From: Meyerozyma guilliermondii | Taxonomy: Eukaryota | DNA length: 64,000 nucleotides | Assembly (NCBI GenBank): GCA_051546255.1 | Contig: CP128816.1 | Coordinates: forward strand, 682,001 to 746,000 | Direction: 5' to 3' | Shown: positions 41,175 to 49,877 of the stretch, piece after piece | Numbering within the stretch: position 1 is the stretch's first letter | Layout: the number at the start of each line of letters is the position of its first letter | Notes under the pieces: generated by a model | What the model was told of the DNA's origin: nothing | Seen by the model: the letters and a program-made list of their open reading frames with translations, nothing else | Databases searched by the model: none | Translations under genes and position numbers: made by a program

Positions 41175-42632
41175 ATGACACAAATGACCGTTGTGGATGT
41201 TGAGGTATGCGTGGTGGGCGCAGGAGTGTCAGGACTCAAGTGTGCCCATGCTCTCGTTAACGACAAGTCCAACAAATTTTCACCGAGCGATATTGTGGTA
41301 TTGGAGGCTCAGCAACGCATTGGAGGCAGAATACTTACAGACACCAGCCTGTCGAAACACGGGTATTCCTACGACTTGGGAGCTGCTTGGTTTCATGATA
41401 GCCTTACCAATGTAGTGCTACAAGAGTCTATCGATGATGGGAGTTTCAATTTTGACACCGACGGTTACTATGACGATAAGGACATCGCGGTATATGCTGA
41501 AGAAGACGATGGGCCATTGGACATGGATGGGCTCAAGATCAACCGAGTAGTGGAAGAAATGGAAAAGTTCATCGAGATCCATTTCTTTGAAAATCTTGGC
41601 ACGGAAGACATGTCTTTACCGCAAATTTTGGTGAAATACATGGAAAAGTACGGGTCCAGATTGACGACACAACAAAAGAAGTATTGCGAACGAGTTACGC
41701 GCTACTACGAGCTTTGGGACGGTATATCGTGGGACCAGATAAGTGCCAAGTTTTGTGTCATGGACCACAATGGCCGCAATTTGTACAATATAAAAGGCTA
41801 CGACTTTGTGATTCAAAAGTTGGCAGCGGGACTTCCAGAAGGTACAGTGAGAAAAAACCAGCAAATCAAGTCTATCGACACCTCTAATGCGTCGTATGTG
41901 GAGGTGGAAACAACCAGCGGTTTAAAGTTGAAAACTCGCTACGTTGTGTTGTCGGTGCCTTTGAGTATCCTAAAGCTTGAACCACTGCACCCATATGGGA
42001 TCTCCTGGAACCCACCACTTCCCAAGAAAATGTCCAAAGCTTTAGATTCCTTGCATTTCGGTGCACTCGGCAAGGTGATTTTTGAGTTCGACACCGTATG
42101 GTGGCCCACTGACCAGGATAGGTTCTTGATTCTCCCCAAGGCTAACGCTGGGAATGTCAAGAAGGAACTAGATGATATACCACCACCATATACTTACCCT
42201 ACATTTGCAGTCAACTATGCAGCTGTGCATCACAAGAACCCTCGTGCCAGTCTCGTTCTCTTGACTCAAGCACCATTGACAAACTATTTGGAAGCAAACC
42301 CAGAAAAAGCATGGACTTACTACAAACCTATGCTCAGCAAGTTAGCGAAAGGATCCAATGTTCCTGACCCTATCAACACCATAACAAGTCCCTGGACCCA
42401 GAACCCTTACGCTCGTGGATCCTACGTAGCATTGCATCCTGGAGACGAAGCAGAAGGAATTAACCACTTTCTTGGAACCGATAATGGCTATGGACCTGGT
42501 GACGAGCGGATTCGATTTGTTGGTGAACATACCGCCCTAGAAGGTGCAGGGTGTGTCCACGGCGCCTATATGAGTGGTCAGAGAGAAGCTCAATGGATTT
42601 TGGACGAATGGAAGCAAAAGGCATCACTATAG
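41175..42632 (+). CDS. FMS1: Flavin amine oxidase, Fms1/Cbp1 family (polyamine oxidase)
   Basis: VGAGVSGL, EAQQRIGGRI, DLGAAWFHD, WTQNPYARGSY, GEHT...GCVHGAYMSG; adjacent to UBC7. Confidence 0.85.
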   Translation: MTQMTVVDVEVCVVGAGVSGLKCAHALVNDKSNKFSPSDIVVLEAQQRIGGRILTDTSLSKHGYSYDLGAAWFHDSLTNVVLQESIDDGSFNFDTDGYYDDKDIAVYAEEDDGPLDMDGLKINRVVEEMEKFIEIHFFENLGTEDMSLPQILVKYMEKYGSRLTTQQKKYCERVTRYYELWDGISWDQISAKFCVMDHNGRNLYNIKGYDFVIQKLAAGLPEGTVRKNQQIKSIDTSNASYVEVETTSGLKLKTRYVVLSVPLSILKLEPLHPYGISWNPPLPKKMSKALDSLHFGALGKVIFEFDTVWWPTDQDRFLILPKANAGNVKKELDDIPPPYTYPTFAVNYAAVHHKNPRASLVLLTQAPLTNYLEANPEKAWTYYKPMLSKLAKGSNVPDPINTITSPWTQNPYARGSYVALHPGDEAEGINHFLGTDNGYGPGDERIRFVGEHTALEGAGCVHGAYMSGQREAQWILDEWKQKASL

Positions 42633-42711
42633 TAGGCATTTAGACATTCTGGTCCTGCATGTATACCTAGAGAATATAAGCTCATATTGGATTTTTCTTC
42701 ATCTCATCACC

Positions 42712-43140
42712 ATGAGTTTTGACGCCGAGACCGCCGACAACTTGGAGGACATCGAAAAGCAGTTTGCCGTGAAGGCAGTGATGCAAGCGGAAACCTACTT
42801 TTCACTTTTGGAGAAGATTCCTGGATCCAAACTAAAACTCACACAACACGACGATGACATTTACGAACAGTTTCTTGAAGCATTTCCCGAGTACAGCACT
42901 CCAGAATCCGTGGCTGTGATCAACGAGGAAGACATGAAGAGCAAGAGCGGTAAGGAGAGATGGAGAGCCTTTTGTGAAAAGTTTAATGAGATTGAAGACT
43001 ACAACTTTGGAACTCTTTTGAGAACCAAAGCCAGTAGTGAGTACGACCAGGAAGGCACAATTTTCGTGGTCAGAATCCAGTTTTATGCCATAGAGATTGC
43101 AAGAAACAGAGCGGGATTGAACGACTGGATCAAGAAGTAG
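42712..43140 (+). CDS. PBDC1/YPL225W family protein
   Basis: FDAETADNLEDIEKQFAVKAV, GKERWR, DYNFGTLLR, RIQFYAIEIARNR; ATG 42712. Confidence 0.9.
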   Translation: MSFDAETADNLEDIEKQFAVKAVMQAETYFSLLEKIPGSKLKLTQHDDDIYEQFLEAFPEYSTPESVAVINEEDMKSKSGKERWRAFCEKFNEIEDYNFGTLLRTKASSEYDQEGTIFVVRIQFYAIEIARNRAGLNDWIKK

Positions 43141-43409
43141 TGAATAATGGAGATAGATAAGTGAAGAAGAGAGTGTAGGAAGAGTAAGTGAAAGTAAGAG
43201 TGAAAGTGTAACGGATTCAAGAAGATATATCCTTAGCATATAGCCCAAGATGTAATAAAAGGCACACTGTAATGGTATTTACTTAATGACTTTTCCCATT
43301 CCTCATTCCCTTTTCTCATTCTTCTCATTCCTCTTCTCACTTCTCTCTCTCTACCGCCCTGCACCAAATCGCACCCCAGACGCCAGATCACAACATATCG
43401 TCAATTGCC

Positions 43410-45203
43410 ATGAGTGACGCCCGGCCTCTTTCCAAGGCTCCCAATGGCCAGAAGTACTCCCAGTGGCTGGGGCAACAGCCTCAGGGCCAAAACGCCTTTC
43501 CAAGTTCACAACAACGTCAGCAGCAATCCACTCCTCCACCAGTAGCCAACTACACTTTACCTGGTGTGATTAATTATCTCACTTCCGAGTTCACCAATTT
43601 GGAAAGATTCAAGATCATGACCAATCTCGAACGGTCGGAGATGAAATACAAGATAGTGGAGCTCGAGGGTCAGGTCAATTCTCTCAAATACATTAACGAA
43701 CACCAGAAAGTACGCATTGCCGAGTTGGAACAAAAAATCAAAAACACCCTGGAGGCGCCCGGATCCAACAATGCACTTCCAAAGGTTGATAAAATCCCTT
43801 ATGTGGACCTAGATTTCATTAGAGATGCACGGAACCAACTCACGTCGTCTATGCGAGAGGTGGTGCAATTGTTGAAGTCTCCAGCTCCTTCCAATGCATC
43901 GTATTTGAACCTACCTGATCCTGGTGAGGGAGAAAATGAGTTTGAAGAGCTTTTCGATAATGATAACGAATTGTCTGGAAAACTCGATGATTTCACTTTT
44001 GCTGAAAAACCCACGCAAAAACCAAAGCTGTCTGTATTCGCTCATTACTTGGAAGACATCCCGATCAAGAAGCCCCAAGACCAACCAAAGCCACAAGAAT
44101 CTCGAAACAAAGAAGCATACAATGAAATGAATGGCAAGCAAAAGTCTTCAGCTTCAAATGTCTCCCATAAACCAGAGCAAGAAAGCGACACTGAAACAGT
44201 AATTCTTGACGACGAGCCGTTAGACATGAACGACGAACAGGCTCGTGTACTCAAACGAACGCAAAGTGTCCAGATTCCCAAGTCAGCAAAATCGTTCTTC
44301 TGTGATATCCACGAGTGTGTGGTGTCAACCATGAATGTAAACGGGTCTCAGACCATCAATATCACCACAATCGATGACGATCCTACCCTTTCCGTCAACA
44401 TTTCTCAGTTGGAAAGCTCGGTCATCGACATCTTCTGCATAGATACCAGTCCCTATCGCTTATTGCTTGTACTTGATAGTGGGCTTGTAAAGGTTATAAC
44501 ACTTGACGAACTGGGTGTTTTAGACACAGTGACATACAATGGCATTATGGACGATTACAACAGAGTGTTTTCGTCCGACATGGCAGTTCGACAGGGCTCA
44601 GTCTTGTTGGCTATAAATGGGGTTCTGAAAGCTTCGCTGCCCATGTTGAACATCTACAGTCTTGAAGAGAAATCAGTAACAAGAGAAAAATCCTTTGATC
44701 GTGAGTACTTTACTACGATCCGTGCCAATGCATCTCATTCATTCGAAGCAGTTCACTGGGTCGGTGAAGAAAACACCCTCGTCTTCAAGTTGGGCGCTTC
44801 GGTCGTCAAGCTAGATTTGAACCCTTGCTCATACAAGCAGCTTGTGCATAGTGAAAATTTAGCGTACGGTGTTCATGTTCGAAATTACTTTGATAAGAAC
44901 ATCATACTCGTGCCCGAATATTTGGAGAAAAGGCTCCAGGTCAGAGTATACGATTGCGATAAGGAAGAAACCACTGGTAAAATGCTCAAGTTTAATGTTG
45001 GTGAAAGTCCTGAAAGCCTCCAATTAGCAGTGGTTGCAACTAAAGAAGACTTCGCCATATATAAGATGCACGACCATCGGCTCGAGGTTTATGACAGCAA
45101 ATTAGAGCTCATCTCATACACCACAGCTGATGGGACTCTACGGCGGATAGGTGGGCGAGTGGTGGTCACTGGCGACAATTTCAACTTTTATGACATAGAA
45201 TAG
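43410..45203 (+). CDS. FAR8: Striatin-family Far8
   Basis: YTLPGVINYLTSEFT...ERSEMKYKIVELEG striatin N-terminal coiled coil; degenerate beta-rich C-terminus. Confidence 0.85.
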   Translation: MSDARPLSKAPNGQKYSQWLGQQPQGQNAFPSSQQRQQQSTPPPVANYTLPGVINYLTSEFTNLERFKIMTNLERSEMKYKIVELEGQVNSLKYINEHQKVRIAELEQKIKNTLEAPGSNNALPKVDKIPYVDLDFIRDARNQLTSSMREVVQLLKSPAPSNASYLNLPDPGEGENEFEELFDNDNELSGKLDDFTFAEKPTQKPKLSVFAHYLEDIPIKKPQDQPKPQESRNKEAYNEMNGKQKSSASNVSHKPEQESDTETVILDDEPLDMNDEQARVLKRTQSVQIPKSAKSFFCDIHECVVSTMNVNGSQTINITTIDDDPTLSVNISQLESSVIDIFCIDTSPYRLLLVLDSGLVKVITLDELGVLDTVTYNGIMDDYNRVFSSDMAVRQGSVLLAINGVLKASLPMLNIYSLEEKSVTREKSFDREYFTTIRANASHSFEAVHWVGEENTLVFKLGASVVKLDLNPCSYKQLVHSENLAYGVHVRNYFDKNIILVPEYLEKRLQVRVYDCDKEETTGKMLKFNVGESPESLQLAVVATKEDFAIYKMHDHRLEVYDSKLELISYTTADGTLRRIGGRVVVTGDNFNFYDIE

Positions 45204-45289
45204 GCTAATCTCATCGCTTCCCTGCATACCATGTGGAACACGGTTTTTTAATTTTTTTTGTAAATTTTTTGTTTCACCTGCTAATCAAA

Positions 45290-48200
45290 ATGTCCAAACA
45301 GTCGTTCGATGACTTCTTGAGGCTGCAGAAACAAGCCCAGCAGCAGAATACCGCTTACGGGTATAGATATAGCAATCAAAATAATGGTTATAATAATCAA
45401 AACTTTCAGTTTCAGCAAGATCCATCTTTCAATGGTCACCAATATCAGCAAGGATACAATCAATTTTTGCCGGAAAGTGTCCCCACAAGTGGCACCGCCA
45501 CTCCAAAATCTCCTGGTCCAAACTCTTCCACTGCATCTTTGTCATCGTTAAACACCGCCTTAGATAGGCTCAATATCAGCAATACGCCAATCAGCGAACA
45601 GCTTCAAAATTTGGAAAAAATCTCCAAGGTTGCCGAAGCCAAGACCTCTATCGATGAGATCGTTTCTCAGCTTGAAAAAGAAGGGATTGAAAAGGTCAAT
45701 GAATGGAAATTGAGCGAGGTGTTGAAGTCATTTGCTAAGCCCAAAAATTCTCCAGCAGTTAGAGAAGCCGCCTTGATACTTGTTCAACAAATGGCTATCC
45801 GCTTCGGGGGCAAGACTCCACAAGAAGCATACTTGGTTCAATTCTTCAAGACTTGTTTTGATTCTTTTGCTGACAAAGATAAAGGATGTACCAGAGCTGC
45901 TAAGCAGGCTGCTGATGCATTATACGGCGATTTTCCTGTACAAGCTTTAGGTACGGTAGTACTTGATGAACTTCTTAACTACTTGTCGTCGTCTGCCAAA
46001 TGGAACTCAAAGTTGGGTGCTCTTGGCTACTTTGAAAAACTCATTGATGACGTCCCCGCTGATATTCTTGAAATGACCTTTATTAGATCGGTTCCAATTC
46101 TCACCGATCTTTCCACTGATTTTAAGCCTGAACTTTCCAAGCGTGGTTTGGTGGTTCTCAAAAAGTTTGTCAAGGTATTGGACAACTTGGATTTGCAGAA
46201 CAAGTACGATTTGATTGTCGATACTTTGGCTAACCCTAGTAAGGTTCCAGAATGTATCAAGAACCTTTCTTCTGTGACTTTTGTTGCTGAAGTTACCGAA
46301 CCTGCATTGTCCCTTTTAGTTCCAATTTTAGACAAATCTTTGAAAATGTCGTCGTCTTCTAACGATCAATTACGTCAAACCGTCACTGTCACTGAAAACT
46401 TGACCAGATTGGTCAACAATAAGCGTGAAATCGACCTGTTTATTCCTATTTTGTTACCAGGTGTGAAGAAGGTGGTGGACAATGCTTCTTTGCCAGAAGT
46501 CAGAGAGCTTGGAGCAAAGGCACTCCATGTTCTCAAGGAGGCAGAAAACGAGCATTCTGATGGTAAATTCCATGGAAGAATCAATACTGAACAGGCTAAA
46601 GAAGTTCTCATTACTGTTCCAGAAGAATTGAGAAATGTGGCTGAATCGTTGAATATCGGTGATAATCTTGTTGGTGAGTACCTTGCTAGAATTGTTGAGG
46701 CTGATGCGAACGTCAACGACTGGAAACGTCTCAAGGAATACTTGTTGATGGTTTCTGAATCAGATAAAAAGACCGAATACGCCGATGCAATTGTTAGTCA
46801 TTTGCGTGAAATGTTCACTCCAGAATTGGGTCCTGAGTACGACGACGAAGAGGGTGCAGTTGAAATTGTCAATGCCGATTTCTCTTTGGCTTATGGTTCT
46901 CGTATGTTGTTGAACAAGACCAATCTCCGGTTATTGAAGGGCCATAGGTATGGTCTTTGTGGTCGTAATGGTGCTGGTAAGTCTACTTTGATGAGAGCTA
47001 TTGCAAAGGGGCAGCTTGAAGGGTTCCCATCTCCTCAAGAAGTGCGTACTTGTTTCGTGGAACACAAGTTGCAAGGTGAAGAAGGAGACATGGACTTGGT
47101 TAGTTTCATTGCTTCTGACCCTGAATTGTCCCATGTTGCTCGTGAAGATATTTCCAAGGCACTTCTTGCCGTCGAATTTCCAGAAGAAAGACTCCAGCAG
47201 AATGTGGGTTCGTTGTCTGGAGGTTGGAAAATGAAGTTGGAGTTGGGAAGAGCCATGTTGATGAAAGCTGACGTCTTGTTGTTGGACGAACCTACCAATC
47301 ACTTGGATGTCAAGAACGTCAAATGGCTTCAAGACTATCTTGTGGAGAATACCAACATCACATCTTTGATTGTTTCGCATGATTCTGGATTCTTGGATGC
47401 TGTTTGTACCGACATCATCCATTACGAGAACAAGAAATTGGCATACTACAAGGGAAATCTTTCTGAGTTTGTCAAGGTGAAGCCTGAAGGAAAGTCTTAC
47501 TATACCTTAACAGATAGCGTTGTGAAGATGGCTTTCCCTCCTCCAGGAATCTTAACTGGTGTCAAGTCCAATACTCGTGCTGTTGCTCGTATGTCCAATG
47601 TTACTTTCCAGTATCCAAATGCTCCCAAGCCTTCTTTGGTCAATGTTTCGTGCTCACTTTCGTTGTCGTCCAGAGTTGCCATTCTTGGACCCAATGGTGC
47701 TGGTAAGTCCACTCTTATCAAATTGTTGACTGGAGAGACCGTTCCTAATGAGGGAAGTGTCGAAAAGCATCCTAACCTTAGAGTTGGGTACATTGCTCAG
47801 CACGCCTTGCAACATGTTGAACAGCATAAGGAAAAGACTGCTAACCAGTATTTGCAGTGGAGATATAAATTCGGAGACGATCGTGAGGTTTTGTTGAAAG
47901 AGTCTCGTAAGATTTCCGAAGAAGAGAAGGAACAAATGGCCAAGGAAATTGATGTCGGTGACGGAAGAGGAAAGAGAGCCATTGAAGCTGTTGTTGGTAG
48001 ACAAAAGTTGAAGAAGTCATTCCAGTATGAGGTCAAATGGAAGCACTGGCTTCCCAAATACAACTCGTGGGTTCCAAGAGAAGTGTTGCTTGAACATGGA
48101 TTTGACAAATTGGTTCAAAAGTTCGACGATCACGAAGCTTCCAGAGAAGGTTTAGGTTACCGTGAGTTGACTCCCAGTGTTATTCGCAAACATTTTGAGG

Positions 48201-48739
48201 ATGTTGGTTTGGACGGTGATATTGCCGACCACACGCCTATGGGATCACTTTCAGGTGGTCAATTGGTGAAAGTGGTTATCGCTGGTGCCATGTGGAACAA
48301 CCCTCATTTGCTTGTTCTTGACGAGCCCACCAATTATTTGGACAGAGACTCGTTGGGAGGCTTGGCAGTCGCCATTAGAGACTGGGCAGGAGGTGTGGTG
48401 ATGATTTCCCACAACAACGAATTTGTTGGAGCACTTTGTCCAGAACAATGGCACATTGAGAATGGTGAGATGATAAGAAAAGGACATGCTGCTGTAGAAA
48501 CCAGCCGTTTTGACGAAGATACCAGCAAAGAGAGCTCTCCAGCACCATCCTCGCCTGCTCCAAAGAGAGCCGACGACGACGACTCGCCTGCTAATATCAA
48601 AGTAAGAACGAGAAAGAAGAAGATGACGAGAAATGAAAAGAAGCTTCAAGCGGAAAGAAGACGGTTGCGCCATATCGAGTGGTTGAGCAGTCCAAAGGGT
48701 ACACCAAAGCCCTTGGACACCGACGATGAAGAGGAGTAG
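45290..48739 (+). CDS. NEW1: eEF3-like ABCF ATPase New1
   Basis: N/Q/Y-rich N-terminus, HEAT region, two ABC cassettes (GRNGAGKST, GPNGAGKST) with chromodomain insert; PAC element (ATCTCATCGC) at 45208-45217; ATG 45290. Confidence 0.93.
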   Translation: MSKQSFDDFLRLQKQAQQQNTAYGYRYSNQNNGYNNQNFQFQQDPSFNGHQYQQGYNQFLPESVPTSGTATPKSPGPNSSTASLSSLNTALDRLNISNTPISEQLQNLEKISKVAEAKTSIDEIVSQLEKEGIEKVNEWKLSEVLKSFAKPKNSPAVREAALILVQQMAIRFGGKTPQEAYLVQFFKTCFDSFADKDKGCTRAAKQAADALYGDFPVQALGTVVLDELLNYLSSSAKWNSKLGALGYFEKLIDDVPADILEMTFIRSVPILTDLSTDFKPELSKRGLVVLKKFVKVLDNLDLQNKYDLIVDTLANPSKVPECIKNLSSVTFVAEVTEPALSLLVPILDKSLKMSSSSNDQLRQTVTVTENLTRLVNNKREIDLFIPILLPGVKKVVDNASLPEVRELGAKALHVLKEAENEHSDGKFHGRINTEQAKEVLITVPEELRNVAESLNIGDNLVGEYLARIVEADANVNDWKRLKEYLLMVSESDKKTEYADAIVSHLREMFTPELGPEYDDEEGAVEIVNADFSLAYGSRMLLNKTNLRLLKGHRYGLCGRNGAGKSTLMRAIAKGQLEGFPSPQEVRTCFVEHKLQGEEGDMDLVSFIASDPELSHVAREDISKALLAVEFPEERLQQNVGSLSGGWKMKLELGRAMLMKADVLLLDEPTNHLDVKNVKWLQDYLVENTNITSLIVSHDSGFLDAVCTDIIHYENKKLAYYKGNLSEFVKVKPEGKSYYTLTDSVVKMAFPPPGILTGVKSNTRAVARMSNVTFQYPNAPKPSLVNVSCSLSLSSRVAILGPNGAGKSTLIKLLTGETVPNEGSVEKHPNLRVGYIAQHALQHVEQHKEKTANQYLQWRYKFGDDREVLLKESRKISEEEKEQMAKEIDVGDGRGKRAIEAVVGRQKLKKSFQYEVKWKHWLPKYNSWVPREVLLEHGFDKLVQKFDDHEASREGLGYRELTPSVIRKHFEDVGLDGDIADHTPMGSLSGGQLVKVVIAGAMWNNPHLLVLDEPTNYLDRDSLGGLAVAIRDWAGGVVMISHNNEFVGALCPEQWHIENGEMIRKGHAAVETSRFDEDTSKESSPAPSSPAPKRADDDDSPANIKVRTRKKKMTRNEKKLQAERRRLRHIEWLSSPKGTPKPLDTDDEEE

Positions 48740-48884
48740 ACATAGAACTATGTTATAGAGATTATATATTCATACAATTGCAAATGGTATACCTTGAGGT
48801 GGGTCACATGACATGTCACATGACTTCCCAAGAGTTGGCGCGAACCGGAGGCAATTTGGTGAACGAGGTCAATTACATTGGACT

Positions 48885-49761
48885 ATGGCAGATCGGTATT
48901 CGTTCTCATTGACGACTTTCTCGCCAAGGTAGGTACTTTACATACACAGAGGGATGATATTTTGGATCTAGAAACAAAATTGAACTCCAATATTGGATTT
49001 CGAACAATTGACGAAATCGCCACTGATGGTCCATAGTCAATACTAACAACAGTGGAAAGCTCGTTCAGATCGAATATGCTCTTAATGCAGTTAAGCAAGG
49101 TGTCACGGCCATTGCCATCAAGTCGGGAAATGGTATAGTACTTGCTACTGAACGTAAAGCCAACTCAGTGCTTCTCAAAAATGATACAAATTCCAAAGTC
49201 GAGCTTATCACGCCCGATATCGGGATGACTTACTCTGGAATGGGACCTGATTTTCGGGTCTTGGTCGACAAAGCGAGAAAACTCGCTCATACAAACTACA
49301 AGAGAATCTACAACGAATACCCGCCGGTGAAAATCTTGGTACAGGAAATTGCCAAGGTTATGCAAGAATCTACTCAATCGGGAGGTATTAGACCATTCGG
49401 GGTGTCATTGCTAGTGGGAGGCTACGATCAACATAGTGAATCTTTTCAGCTTTACCAGGTAGACCCATCAGGAAGTTACTTTCCATGGAAGGCTACTGCT
49501 ATTGGAAAGTCGTCGGTTTCGGCAAAAACCTTTTTGGAAAAGAGATGGAACGAAAACTTAGAACTTGACGACGCCATTCATGTTGCCCTTCTTGCATTGA
49601 AAGAGTCGGTAGATGGAGAATTGACCGGCGAGAATCTCGATATCTCGGTGGTGAGCGAGCCTCAACAGCAGTCATTGGGATTTCTGGGAACAGACGTCGC
49701 CGGCCCCCGATTCAAAAAGCTCTCTGCTGAAGAGATCAACGATAGACTCGATGCTTTGTAA
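48885..49761 (+). CDS. PRE8: 20S proteasome alpha-2 subunit; 2 exons (48885-48928, 49053-49761)
   Basis: Splicing yields [25 protein letters not shown]; also YSGMGPDFRVL, TQSGGIRPFGVSLL. Confidence 0.95.
48929..49052 (+). other. 124-nt spliceosomal intron of PRE8
   Basis: GTAGGT donor, TACTAAC at 49041, CAG acceptor ending 49052; removal restores the frame. Confidence 0.92.
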
Positions 49762-49838
49762 TGAATTTTGTGGCATTAATGTAGCAAATATTTTATGTTT
49801 CCACTGTAGTTCCCACCTCCGCGCACCAACCCCAGGGT

Positions 49839-49860
49839 GCTCATCGCATCTCAAAAAATT
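49839..49860. promoter_or_regulatory. PAC plus RRPE-like elements
   Basis: GCTCATCGC at 49839-49847 followed by AAAAAATT, upstream of UTP14. Confidence 0.7.
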
Positions 49861-49877
49861 CCAAATCGCACCCACCC

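Noticed and set aside
25630..42632. Cryptic peroxisomal targeting by stop-codon readthrough (Prx5, dioxygenase, Fms1)
   Set aside because: No TGA-CTA context, and I saw no downstream SKL-type extension; the Fms1 terminal ASL is at best a weak PTS1.
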